DNA from: Eledone cirrhosa
Lineage: Eukaryota
NCBI GenBank assembly: GCA_964016885.1
Contig: OZ024741.1
Coordinates: forward strand, 79,608,001-79,672,000
Reading direction: 5' to 3'
Length of the DNA: 64,000 bases
Part shown: one piece after another, positions 28,430 to 41,409 of the stretch
How the letters are laid out: each line of letters opens with the position of its first letter
Position numbering within the stretch: position 1 is the stretch's first letter
The notes under the pieces: generated by a model
What the model was told of the DNA's origin: nothing
What the model saw: only the letters and a program-made list of their open reading frames with translations
The model's database searches: none
Position numbers and translations under genes: made by a program

Positions 28430-29047
28430 ATGGTGGCTGCCAACTCGTCTTCGAGTACGGCCACTACTTTATATCCATGTAGGAGAACCCCTACCGATGC
28501 GCTGAACGATTGTGACTTTTTAGTCCAGCCAGCGACTTGAAAACTCTGGTACAAACACTACACTTGTGACAATTATTGACACATTATTGACACATAGTGT
28601 TGGGCCCATGGTACCATGTGACGACAAGTGCAGAGAGATCTCCAGATATAAAGCAATGCCTGTGCCGTGAAGCTTTTATAGTGAGCAAAGGCACTGCACA
28701 AAGCCAGTCCCACTCTCTTAGCCAAGATGATATTTACCAAAAAGAAGAACAAGTCAACATCATTGGATACCATCAGGGTTGCAGGTGTTATATCAGAGTT
28801 TTCCTTCTAGAATTCTGCCTTGACAAAGGCTAAGGGGTCATCTCTCCCGGTGATTTTGGATGGCCATTGACTCTTAAGAGCTCCTTTGCCCTTTGACAGG
28901 TTTTGTTTTTAGTCCTGCAGGATGTCCAAAGTCACCCTCCTCACCAAGAAACATTGGTGGGGTTGCCAGTTTAGTCGCCAACGACCCGACCATGAGACAG
29001 GTTGTACTGGGATGCATGTTACCAGTAGCACCAATTGGTGACCTGAC
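28430..29047 (-). mobile_element. ~620-bp SINE-like family with an RTE-5'UTR-like motif; other copies at 33640-34005 (+) and 63345-63755 (+)
   Basis: Shared GTGCTACTGGTAACATG...CTTGGTGAGGAGGGTGA head, CTAGRAGRAAAACTCTGA motif and GGCARCCAYCATA end abutting (TA)n. Confidence 0.7.
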
Positions 29048-29312
29048 ATAATATATATATATATAAATATATATATAAATATACATACATACATACATAT
29101 ATATATACATATATATATATAAATCTACATACATACATATATTTATATATACGTTATTCCGGGTTGTTACTCTAAAAATAAAAATAAACTATAGCTTTGT
29201 AGAATTAGCTTTTAATGAATTCTATCAACCAATGACCTACACCCATCCCACTCCCCACCCTCTCCTACCACTTGTAGAGACCTATATATACCATAATTAT
29301 TTTTTGATACCC

Positions 29313-29363
29313 AGATTCCTGATGATTTCTAAAGAATGAAACAGTTCTAGTCCTGTAGAATCT
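29313..29363 (+). ncRNA. Intact-looking type I hammerhead ribozyme in a ~235-bp pLTR-like element
   Basis: Stem I AGATTC/GAATCT, CTGATGA, short stem II TTC-TAAA-GAA, GAAAC, stem III ACAG/CTGT, GUA cleavage after 29357. Confidence 0.8.
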
Positions 29364-29568
29364 CATCTATATTAAAACTATATTTATATATATATATATG
29401 TATATATATACATATAAATCTACATACATACATATATATATATAAATCTACATACATACATATATGTATATAAATCTACATACATACATATATTTATATA
29501 TATATATATATATATATGTATATACTTATATTTATATATATATATATGTATATATATACATATAAATC

Positions 29569-29604
<36 letters not shown>

Positions 29605-29626
29605 TATAAATATACATACATATATA

Positions 29627-29627
<1 letters not shown>

Positions 29628-29659
<32 letters not shown>

Positions 29660-29922
29660 TTTACGTCCGCTTTTCCCTGCTTGCAAGGGTGGGACGGGTC
29701 TTATTCAGCACAGCATCTCTCCACTCGTCACGGTCCCTCGTCATCTCCACCGTGAGCTTCAATGATCTGAGCTCTGTTCTCACCACCTCCGCCCATGTTT
29801 TTCGTGGTCTACCTCTACCACGTCTTCCTTCAACTGGCATTTCCTGGCACTTCTTCACCCATCGGTCATCCTCCATGCGCATCACATGTCCATACCACCT
29901 CAGTCTCCTCTCCCGTACACTA
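29628..29922 (-). mobile_element. RTE 3' end, second subfamily (tail shared with the CORE SINE)
   Basis: ORF 29661-29933 [20 protein letters not shown]...GRGRPRKTW; tail CCCACCCTTGCAAGCAGGGAAAAGCGGACGTAAAA(TGA)n. Confidence 0.85.
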
Positions 29923-30008
29923 CATACATACATTTACGTATGTATATAGCTATGCATTTATACATTTGTATATATATACATGCATTTATATTTAAGTGTG
30001 TAAGGTTA

Positions 30009-30051
<43 letters not shown>

Positions 30052-30066
30052 CACAGACACAGACAC

Positions 30067-30117
<51 letters not shown>

Positions 30118-30395
30118 GTGTGACAGGAAGCTTGTTTCCCAACCACATATTTCCGGGTTCAGTCCCACTGCCTGGGCCGACCAAAGCCCTGAGAGTGGAT
30201 TTGATAGGCCGAAACTAAAAGAAGCGAATCGTATATATGTCTGTATGTGTCTTTGCATTTGTGTTTGCCCTCCCACCAATGCTTGTTGGTTTGTTGACGT
30301 CCCCATAACTTACCAAGGTGATGCTCCAGCATGGGCGTAGTCCAGAGACAGAAAAAAAGTAAAATATATATGTTTGTGTGTGTGTGTGTAGAAGA

Positions 30396-30792
30396 GGGGT
30401 CTCAAACTCAAGGACACAAAAGGGCTATTACGTCCTGGAGGAGAGGCACAGTGGGCCAAATGTGGTGGTGGGTGAAAATTTTCACCAGTTATAATCATTT
30501 CTACTATAGGAACAAGGCATGAAATTTGGGGTTTAGGGTTCAGTCGATTGCATCGATCCTAGTACACAACTGGTACTTAATTCATCACCCTCAAAAGGAT
30601 GTAAGGCAAAGTTGAGATTGGCGGAACTCTGAACGTAAAAACGGAAGAAATACCGTTAAGCATTTCGCCAGATGTGCTAACGATTCCACCAGCTCGCCGC
30701 CTTATTTTCACCAGTTATAATGCGATATGAAATATTGGTTATACCACGGGCCACAGATAAGTAGTTCACGGGCTGCATGTGTGAGCCCCCTG
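30396..30792. mobile_element. hAT-type MITE with a nested tRNA SINE (30496-30703, minus)
   Basis: AGGGGTCTCAAAC / GTGTGAGCCCCCTG ends; SINE flanked by an 18-bp TSD ATTTTCACCAGTTATAAT (30478-30495, 30704-30721). Confidence 0.7.
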
Positions 30793-31566
30793 TTGGAGAT
30801 AAATAGATAGATAGATAGATACACACACATTTCTTACTCTCTCTGTCCCTCCCTCTTTCTCTCTTCATTTATATATATATGTGTGTGTGTGTGTGTGGAG
30901 CGTTGTTATTTGGCGTTGTTGAAAAGAGCTGTGGCCTTTGACCTGGCAATAAAAAACTGAAGACAAAATTCTTTCTGTACCAAGGCACACACACAAGTTT
31001 GTGTGTGTGTATGTATATGTGTGTGTGTGTGTGTGTGTGTCTATCTATGTTTATATATAAGGGATACACATATTGCTTTCTCAGTCACCAAGCTTCTCAA
31101 TTCATTCCTTACTACTTATTTTGCTACGAGGTATATTATTTTGCAAGGTACTATTTTACCCCTGAGTTTGTGATTTCAGAGAAAGGTAAGAAATTCTTCA
31201 TATTTTGCATCTTTTGTATTTTGACTTTGCAGTTTCAATTGTCTATCCACTCAAAATATTACAACAGCTAACAGTGAAATATAGAATTTAAAAAAAAAAA
31301 AGCTTTTTCGACTGAGATCAAATGTTTTTTTTTATTTCAAAAATATATAATTTGAAATAGCTTGCTTTTATTTTGGACTGAAACTTTTTTGTATTTAATT
31401 TGTACGAGTATTTTTTAAAGAATCTAAGATAACTTGATTTTGCCCAGTAATCTACTGATATCAAAATCAGTAGTATATTGAAAAATGGAAAAATAGGGTA
31501 GGGGGGCGTTTCGTGATTTCGAGGGGCAAAAGGGGGCGTTTGGCCAAAATGGGTTGAGAACCTTTG

Positions 31567-32760
31567 GTGTAGATGAATGGCTCATGAAGTCCATGCAAGC
31601 CATGTATAGAGGTGAAAACATCAAGGTAAAAGCTGGAAATAAGTAGTGGTGAATTTGGAGTGCAGGTCAGGGTCCACAAGGGTTGAAATCTTAGTCCACA
31701 GGGTTCAATCCTTAGTCCACTTCCGTTTATCATTGACCTCTAAACCATAACAGAGGAGTTTTAGACTGACTGTCCATGGGAGCTCCTGTATGTTGATAAT
31801 GTAGTTCTTATAGCTGAATCCATGGAAGAGTTATAGGCAAATTTCCAGACATGGAACAATAATCTAAAACTGAAAGGCCTAAAAGTAAACTTAGCAAAGT
31901 CTTAATAAGTAAGAAAGATGACAGGACCCTGATAGTATCAGGGAAATTGCCTTATTCAATATGCGGAAAAGGGGTTGGCAGAAAATTCATTAGGTGCACA
32001 GAGTATAACCTATTGACACACAAAAGATGTAGAGAGATTACAGGTAGGTTAAGATATAGATCATCTTCATCACCATTTAACTTCCATTTTTCCACACTAG
32101 CATGGGTTAGACAAGTTGTCCCATTGTGAGAAAAGCCAAGTCAGATGACCATGTCTTACTCATACACCAGAAAATGAAACACTAAGAGCTCATGTGAAAT
32201 AAATTCTCTTAATTGCTCTTGTGGTTTTCTAGAAGATCCCCACAACTTGTACTAATTAGGTGACTTAATCAGCAGTGGGAGAGGAAACTCAGAAAGCATA
32301 GTGGCCTGAATAAGAATGAGATGAAAGAAGTTTAGGGAGCTACTACTTCTGCTGACAACCATAGGCTTCTCTCTCGGAATGAAGGGTAGACTGTATAATG
32401 CTTGCATGTAAATTGCAATGCTACATGGCAGTGAGACGTGGGCCTTGACTACAGAAGATTAACAAAGATAAGAAATGAAGCAGGTATGCTCTGGTAAAGA
32501 TGAATGGGGTAGCTTGAGTGAGCTGAGAGAAAAACTGTTTAAAAAGAATCCGATGTAGTGAACAAGAAAGAAAACAACATACACAGGTATGGACATGTGA
32601 TGCATATGGAAGACGATGGCAGTATAAAGTGTCGAAAAATCTCAGTAGATGGGACTTGAGGAAAAGGTAGACCTAGGGAGTTTGACCATATGAAGCTGAA
32701 CCTTACATAAGAAACAGCATAGACCCACAATGATTGAGGACATGACATACTGGAAAAAAA
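31567..32760 (+). mobile_element. Continuation of the degraded RTE split by the hAT element
   Basis: PWELLYVD...CSICGKGVGRKFIRC...HGSETW motifs. Confidence 0.75.
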
Positions 32761-34021
32761 TTGCTTTCCAGTATATAAACAAAATACCCAGTATGCCCCT
32801 AGTAACCCTCCTTTCTGCTATACCTTTATATTACTACTCTCCTCATCCAATGCAGACTCTTTGCAGATGTGATCTGACCTGTTCATACCCTCTGCCATTG
32901 CTCTATAGTAACAATTTTCATCATCACTCTACCCTATAACCATGTAGCAGATGTGACTACCTATCAGAGATCACCCTTGCTCTTTTTTGCCCTTACAACA
33001 CCCTATTATACTCCACCACAACTGATATGCATACATGGCATCATACTTATAATCCTTTTATCCCACCTTCCTATTCCCACTCCTCATAGGGAGGAGAAGT
33101 CATTTCAGTCAAGTCAATGAAAAACAACTTCCCTAGATCTGGTTCCATGATGCAGTCCTTGTAGTAAAGTGGCTGGTGTTAGAAAGAGTATCTGGCTAAA
33201 GAAACCATGCAAAGTAGTCACGCGAATCTTTTTGATGCTGGTGCTACAAAATGCACACCCAGTAAACCCTTTAAAGTGGTTGGTGTTAGGAAGGCTATCC
33301 AGCTGTAGAAGCTATTCCAAACAAAAGGTTGAGAGGTTTCTTCAGTTGTATTAGGAACATGACAACATCTCTAGCGCTAGTGTCATGATAAAATGCAGCC
33401 AGTACACTCTAGCCATAGAAACCATGTCAAAGCTGGATTGTAAGTAAATAAACAATGAACCAGATGCAAGCTCCCAGCCTATCAGTGACAGAACAATAAT
33501 TCTGACTTGGTCTGTGATGACCCATCCAACCCATCCCAGCATGAAAAATCAAACATTAAATGATGACGAGTATAAATCTCTCCCTCAATATACATGTGTA
33601 TGTATATACACGGGAACATAGAAATAGTCAGGCTGTACACCCAATCACGCAGTTAAACCATTGGGAGTGAAGGACCCCTAGCCTTTGTCAGGGCATTCTT
33701 CTAGGAGAAAGCAATTCAGGAAACTGGGATAACTCCGATATAAAACATGCGGCTCAGTAGTTACCGATGATGTTGATCTTTTCTTCTTTTCGGGTTATAG
33801 CTATTGTCGCTCAGAGAATGAGATTGGCTCAGTGCACAGTCTTTCCTCACTTTAAAAAATATCTTCACGCACAGGCATTGCACGATAGAATTAATTAATA
33901 ATTATTAATAATGGTACAGGCATTGCACCATAGAATGAATTAATAATTATTAATAATGGTATATCGTGCAATGGCCATACTCGATAACAAGGGGGCAACC
34001 ATCATATATATATATATATAT

Positions 34022-34171
34022 ATATTCATTTATATTAAGGCTAAAATGGGAGTCTTGTTACTCTGGAGTTTGGCTTGTTTATCACAAGGTCATCAGGTAA
34101 GATGACTGTGATAAAGAGGCAAAACTCCAAAGTAACAATATTCACTTTTTAGCTTTAATATAAATGAATAT
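34022..34171. repeat. Palindromic head-to-head duplication of a hammerhead-bearing element (decayed)
   Basis: ~65-bp arms; minus arm CTGATGA...CAAACTCCAGAGTA; homologous to 19311 and 60029. Confidence 0.7.
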
Positions 34172-34497
34172 TAAAACTCTAGATATTGAGTACTCATTTC
34201 TCTCAGCAGTCAACTACATACGGATATATATATAAGCAGGGAAAAGTGGACGTAAAATGATGATGATGATGATGATGACATATAAATACATGTCTGTGTG
34301 CATTTATCTTCAGTCATGTTTAAAAGTCTGTATTGTTTCTGTTATGTACCTCTGTGTCCTATTACAACAAAAAAAGTAATGATTGATAAAACAAGTACTG
34401 CAGTTGATGATTGAATAAACTCAGGAAGTTGGTGCAACAGCAAGGCTGCAATTCAATGCCTGAAACCAGTAAAAATAATTTAAAAAATTATATGTAT

Positions 34498-35850
34498 TAT
34501 CATCATTTAACATCCATTTTTCCATGCTAGCAATGGTTAGATGAGTTGTCCTGTTATGAGGCAAGACAGGTCAGATGAGCATGTCTTGCTCATACAGAAC
34601 TGATTTTGGCTTGGTTTCTATGGTTGGATGCCCTTCCTAACACCAACCACATATGCAGTGTGTGCAAAGTGCTTTTTGTTGTGATACCTAAATGACTACT
34701 TTACAGTGTGGGCTGGGCCTTTTTGTCATGTTGCCATCATGACCACTTTACAGAGTGGGCTGGGGACTTAGGTGGAGGTGGTAGATTCAGTGACATGTGT
34801 GAGGGCGTAGGTGGAATGTTAGGACTTGGGAAGGTTCATGGAAGGGAGGATGGAGGTGAAGGTGGTGCATACTAGATGTTTGCTTCTATTTGAGCTCATG
34901 GGAAGGTAGGTCTTCTGTATTACTGCATTACATCAGAGATTTCGGTCCTGTCTCATCATCTTTGAGATGCAATTGTGCAAGATCAGCTTTTATCACCTCA
35001 TCCCAAGTCTTCCTAGTTTTTCCTACTCCATAGCCCCCATCAACTTTGAGCACTCAGCACCTTTTTATACAGCTGTTATCCATCATACGCTTCACATGAC
35101 AATACAATGCAATATCCTCTCCTGCACACTACATCTGACCCCTCTTATGCCCAGTTTCTCTCTCAGTTCATTTATGCTTTGCCGTTCATGTATCACACAT
35201 CCAGTGAAGCATGCAAGCTTCATTTCTTTCCAATTTTCATAGGTCCTCTGCACACAGCGCCCAGGCCTCACTACCATGAAACATTGCTGTTTGTATAGAC
35301 ACATCATATAATCTGCCCTTCATTTTGAGGTAAAAGCCTTTTGTAGCTAGTAGTAGCCCCTTGAACTTCTTCTAACCCATTCTCACTCTGGCTACTGTAC
35401 TTTCAGAACACCCACCTCCATTGCTAATTTGGTCACCCAGGTAGCAGAAGATATTACTACTTCTAGAGAACCTTCCAAGAATTTAATAATGCTTGTTTCC
35501 TATGGGCATTTGCAGCTTACTTCTCCTGTGCAGTAGCCATATATAAAACCTATGTTCTTAGTTAACTAACCTGAGATCCAACTACATCTCTTGTGTACCC
35601 GTAGTTTACATTTAGCACAGAGGATGATAATTCTACCTACACCTTTCCTACATACTGAACAAGACTATTTTCCTGAGGGTATCAGGGTTCAGTTTTCCTT
35701 TCGACTTACTAGGGCCTTAATCTTTGTTAGGTTGTCTTTAAGACCATTTGATTCTAGGCCATGCTTCCAGATTTGGAATTTCTTCTCTAATTCTGCCATA
35801 GATTCAGCTATAAATGTGAGATCATCTGCATACAGTTGTTCCCATGGGCA
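34498..35850 (-). mobile_element. Degraded RTE LINE 3' half
   Basis: Reverse of the RT C-terminus (YADD, SETW) and 3' UTR motif. Confidence 0.8.
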
Positions 35851-35909
35851 GCCATGGGGGGGTATTTTGTTAGAGATGCCTACTGGTTGTAGTAGGTTTT
35901 ACTATGTAT

Positions 35910-36645
35910 TTAGGTAAGGCGGGTCTTCTCTGTTACTGAGTACCGCCAAAGGTCTCGGTCCAGTGACATTGTCTTGGAGAGGTGTAAGTGTGTGAGGTCA
36001 GAGTTTATCAGCTCGTCCCAGGTTTTTCTAGGTCTGCCTATTCCGTGGCTACCGTCTATCTTTATTGCCCTGCACTTTGTTATACAGCTATCGACTTTCA
36101 TGCGCATCACGTGTCCATACCAACGTAGCCTTCTCTCGAGTAAACAACATCTGATCCCTCTTATTTCTAATTTTTTCCTTAGTTCGTTTATGCTTTGCCG
36201 TTCACGTATATTACTGTTACACATCCAGCGGAGCATGCAAGCTTCGTTCCTCTCTAGTCTGCGTATATCCTCTGCACACAATGCCCAGGTCTCACTGCCA
36301 TGCAGCATTGCTGTTCGTATGCAGGCATCGTACAACCTGCCTTTCATTTTTAGGGAGAACCCTTTAGCGGCTAATAGTGGTATAAGCTCTCTGAACTTTT
36401 TCCAACCAGTTCTGACTCTAGCTACTGTACTTTCAGAGCACCCTCCCCCACTGCTGATTTTATCACCCAGGTAACGGAAGCTGTCCACTATTTCTATAGA
36501 ACCCTCTGCGCAATTGAAAGAGCTAGTATTTTGTGGGCACTTGCTGCTACTTATTGCACCAGAGCACCGGCCACATGTAAAATCTATGTTCTTAGTTAGC
36601 TTACCTGTGATCCCACTACATCTTTTATGCACCCATACTTTGCAT
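35910..36645 (-). mobile_element. Young RTE fragment with intact reading frame, including a PHD-like finger
   Basis: [16 protein letters not shown]...FTCGRC...FRYLGD...HGSETW...GRPRKTW. Confidence 0.9.
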
Positions 36646-36668
36646 AAGTATGTATGTATGTATGTATG

Positions 36669-36704
<36 letters not shown>

Positions 36705-36832
36705 TATATATATATATGTATGTACATATGTATGTATATATATATATATATGTGTGTGTGTATGTATATATGTATGTATATATGTATGTGTATATATATA
36801 TATAAATATGTATGTATATATATATATATATA

Positions 36833-36886
<54 letters not shown>

Positions 36887-36888
36887 TA

Positions 36889-37149
36889 TGTTGTTTCCTT
36901 GAGCAAGACACTTTATTTCACATTGCTCCAGTTTACTCAGCTGTAGAAATGAGATGATAGGGACTGGGATCCATATCATTCCACTGCAAAGTGGTCGTGG
37001 AGGCGCCACGGCAAAAAAGCACCCAGCACTCACTGTAAATGAGGTTGGTGTTAGGAAGGGCATCCAGCTGTAGAAATCAACCCAGAATCAGTTCCCGTCC
37101 CACCCCTTGCAAGCAGGAAAAGCGGATGGAAAATGATGATGATGATGAT
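36889..37149 (+). mobile_element. 5'-truncated CORE-type SINE
   Basis: Matches 6290-6558. Confidence 0.85.
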
Positions 37150-37462
37150 ATATATATAATCTATACATGTGTTTAATTTTTGTATATATATATCACAAAA
37201 ATGAAACACATGTATAGATAATTTTGTTTCTTTTATACTTTTATTGCCTTAAGTTATTGGACAGCTGTCATACTGAGGTACTTTAAATGTCTAGAAGATG
37301 TCATCAACCCCAAAACGTATTTCACTCCTGTATTTGGTTATAGCGAACCCTGCTCTACTTAGTTTGTAAATGTAAACAGTCATGTAAACAAACCATTGAA
37401 TCTCGGTCATAAAATATTTCGGTTAAGTGCGTATATATATTATATATATAGCTACTAAGGTG

Positions 37463-37506
<44 letters not shown>

Positions 37507-38101
37507 ATTGTTAAGAGTACTTCATTGCTTTACTATATACATATATATATATATATATACACACACACACGCACACAAACATTTTTTAATGAGATTGGGC
37601 TGGCTATCGGAAGAAGGGTCCGAAAATTCCCACCCAGTCCATTATTCAATGAAACACAAAATTTGAACGTGAAACGTACAAAACAATATACATAAATATA
37701 CATTATATATACACAGATACGCTAAACTTCGAAGTCTCTCAAACTTATTTTACCTTGTAAAAATAAAAATCTATACTCCATTCATACGTATTGAGTGCTC
37801 AATCTGTTGTTTGCTCTTATGTCGTCATATTACACGATGAAATATGTTCATATATCTATCTTTCTATCTCTCTATCTTTATATATATTATATCTAATAAA
37901 GAAATATATCTTTATATATATTATATATATAATGGATGTAGATAGATGTCAATATTGGGTATAAAGATGAAAACAAACTTTTGCTAAATGTAGTGACATG
38001 TAGCAGAGTTATATTTATGATATGTTAATCAGTGGATGAATTAGCATTTGGCTTCAGCGAAACTCAAACACCAGTCAAACAAGATACATATATTATATAT
38101 A

Positions 38102-38156
<55 letters not shown>

Positions 38157-38693
38157 CATAAATATGTATGTGTATATATATAGATAGATATACATAAATA
38201 TAATTGTATGCGTATATATATATATATATACACACAAATATGTATGTGTATATAGATAGATAGATATACATAAATGTGTATGTGTATATATATATATATA
38301 TATATTATAGTTCAGACAGTAAACAGAAAACAAAAAAACAACGTTCACGCTTGAGAGTGGGGAGTATAGATAGATAGATATACATAAATATGTATGTATG
38401 CGTATATCTTTTAGAGAAGAAGAAATCCTAAAGAATTCCATTCTTATGTATGCGTATAATATATGTATGAACGAATGCATATATATTTATGCCAGCAATA
38501 GAATGTCAACAGTTGGTTTGTTTACATATCAGCATGTCTATAAGTTAAAAAATAAATAAACAACAACAAACTCTAAAAGTACATGGAGTGCATAGAGACA
38601 AGGGGGTAGGGAAAAGAGAAGTAGTAGTAGCAGAGAGAAGCTGAACTGAAATTTCCCCTATGTAGAAAACGAAAGTGTGTTGGCAATACTCAC

Positions 38694-39869
38694 TTGGAGG
38701 TCAGATGTCATGGATTGTTGTTGGTCCATCTCGATCTGTAACGGTGGGGGACTTCCATCACTGCACACAGAATTGGGTGAAGCCGAAGGTAGACCGGCAG
38801 CGGACTGCACAGACGACACGCCGCTGCCGTAAGTGGCAGCGTGCGGAAGACCCGCATAGGAGTCGTATTCCCTGTCTCGTGTCGTGGTAGTGGAGACGGT
38901 GAGGTGTGCCGGTGGTGCTTGTGAATGGGCATGCTGTAACTGTTGCAATTGTTGTTGCTGTCTGAGCTGGGGTGTGAGCAGTGCTGCTGCCGCTAAAGCA
39001 CGTGCAGATGCCACTGTCTGGTGATGTTGGACATGTCTGGAGGAGAGATGAGAGTTTAAAGCGTTCAAGACCGACGGTGGAGTACCGGTGTTTGTGGTAT
39101 TGTTACTGTTTGTATTGTTGTTTGTGTTGTTGTTGCTTGTACTGTTGTTCAATATGCTGTGATTGTTGTGATTGGCACCACTTGCTGCAGCAGCCGCCGC
39201 CGCTGCCGCCGCCACTGCACATGTGGTAAGCGATGAAACTGACGACGACGACGAGACAGCAGTCACAGACGAAGGAGAATACTGTTGTTGTTGTTGTTGT
39301 TGCAATTGATGTTGCTGATGGAGGGAGACGATGGAAGATGAAGTAGTAGAAGAGGAAGACGATGCTGTTGCTGCATTCACCACGATTCCACCGGCAGCGG
39401 CGCCGACACCACCCCCACCGGTGCTGCTGCTCGCACCGGTTCCAGACACGCCACCACCACCTCCACCACATCCTGTACGATTGCTGGCACCACCAGGCTG
39501 GGATGCTGTTTGTTGCTGCTGTGAAGGTTCCTCCTGGAGTAGGTGATGTTGTTGATGAGGATGATGATGATTATAATGCTGGTGTTGTTGTTGTTGAGCT
39601 TTCTGTTGTTGATGATGTTGAGGAGGAGGATGAGTTGTTGAAGACGGCGGAGATGCTGATGACGACAGCGACGACAATGATGACGACGATGACGACCCTA
39701 CTGTAGCTGCAACTTGCTGGGGCCCGGGTAAAAATACCCTCAGTGGCTGGCCCGGTTGGCCCGGTTGGACGACCTGTAACTGCGAAAGGGCTTCCTTCAC
39801 CCCGGCAGACACTGCCTTTTGTATGGCCTGTAATAGCCACTCCACATCGTCTGTTGGAAGAGCGGCCAT
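38694..39869 (-). CDS. First coding exon (392 codons) of a host gene encoding a Q/S/N/H/A-rich low-complexity protein, probably a nuclear regulator
   Basis: ATG at 39869 in AAAATGG context; MAALPTDDVEWLLQAIQKAVSAGVKEALSQLQ...; long GC-rich open frame; canonical donor CAA|GTGAGT at 38693. Confidence 0.85.
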
Positions 39870-40283
39870 TTTTTTCTCCACTCTGTTATAAGAGAGGAGA
39901 GAGGGAATGAGTGTAAGAGAGAGGAGAGGAGAGAGAAACAAGAAAAAGAGGAAGAGAAATAAATAAACAGAACCAGAACGAGTAGGCGAAGAGAAGGAGG
40001 GAGAGAGGAGAAATGAGTGTGTGAGAGGGAGAGAGAGACAGACAGATATAAAAGAGGAGAAAATGAACGGAACCAGAGGGGCTGAAAAAACAGAGAGAAA
40101 GGAAGGTAAACAAAAAGACGGGGAGTTAAAGCGAGGACAAGGGAGAGCAAGCGAAAAGGAAAAAAAAGAAAGGGAATTAGTGAGAGCGTGAAAGAAAAAG
40201 AGTGTGAATGAAGAGAGAGGGAGAAACGAATGAAGAAAAGGCGGAGGAAGAGCGAAAGAGATGGACAGAGCGGTAGAGTGAAA

Positions 40284-40294
40284 AAGATGGCGGC
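40284..40294. promoter_or_regulatory. YY1-type motif (AAGATGGCGGC) in the CpG-containing 5' UTR/promoter region of the host gene
   Basis: Exact consensus match ~415 bp upstream of the ATG, amid local CpG enrichment (40260-40410). Confidence 0.55.
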
Positions 40295-40752
40295 AGTGGC
40301 TACTAAAATGCTACTGTGGTGGGAACGGCGACGGCAAGGTGCGAGAGAACAACTGAAGAAGACGGCGAAGACGTGATGGAAGGATAAAAGAGATATACGC
40401 GCGCAGCTTCCTTTGTTTTGCGATCTGTCTTCCTGTCTCTCTATCACTCGCTCCATCTTTCTATCTTGATCTACTTCTATACTTCTACTCAACAAATCTA
40501 TGTACTTTTATATATATATATATATATACACACATGTGTACAATTCTTTATATAGCTCAAAGTTGTATACAAACACACACATAAATATATATACGGAAAA
40601 GTGTGCGTGTCTAATTAATGTATATATTTACTTATTTTATATATATGTAAATACACATATTTGATTAATATATATATATATATATTTGATTAATATATAT
40701 ATATATATATATATACTGTTGGCTTTTTGCTACAATATTTTCTATACCTTTC

Positions 40753-40846
<94 letters not shown>

Positions 40847-41409
40847 TCAGTGAGAGAGTGAAAAAAAAAGGACGTATGGATAGCGATAGCGTGAAATCTA
40901 GAGTAATGCGAGTCGGCGGTGGAGTCAGACAGACGTTTAGAGAGAGAGCGTGGGTAGAAGAACTTTAAAGTGATGACAATCAGTTGTCGGAAACTGAAAG
41001 GTAAACAGTAACAGACAGATGACAGACAAGAGACTTAGGGAGACAGTGGATAGAGGGAGAGATTACAGGTAAATAGATGCCGTGGTAGTAGAGATGGAAA
41101 GAATAGTCATTAGCAAGAGAAAGGTATTTGGAAAGGTACTTAATAGAAAAGGAGGGAGAGGAGAGAATAGTGCGATGGTTAGGTGATTAAGAGTGAAGGA
41201 CAAATTGAGAAACTATAGATAATAGAATATGATAGAGAAAGTATATAGGTACAGGTGAGAGAAAACAAAAGAAAGGAGATTTATACATAGAAAATAGGGA
41301 GAATTTAAATGAGAGACTTGGTGTTAGAGAGAGAGAGGGGGGTAAACAGACATACTGTGTCACAAGAGTTAGAAAGACTAGGTATACTTGGCTAAAAAAT
41401 AGGTGGAAA

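Larger units (their letters stand above)
28278..30005. repeat. Long (~70 bp) terminal inverted repeats of microsatellite-like sequence (foldback-like)
   Basis: CCTTACACACTTAAATATAAATGCATG... at 28278 and its reverse complement ending at 30005. Confidence 0.7.
27762..31566. mobile_element. Non-autonomous hAT (Charlie-type) element inserted in an RTE, itself carrying nested insertions
   Basis: TIRs (T/C)AAAGGTTCTCAA...TTGAGAACCTTTG; 8-bp TSD GTGTAGAT at 27754-27761 and 31567-31574; the RTE reading continues across the insertion. Confidence 0.85.

Noticed and set aside
39797-40495. 232-aa hydrophobic ORF and upstream extension of the host ORF to 39941
   Set aside because: Derived from CT-rich 5' UTR low complexity; the ATG at 39869 is the credible start
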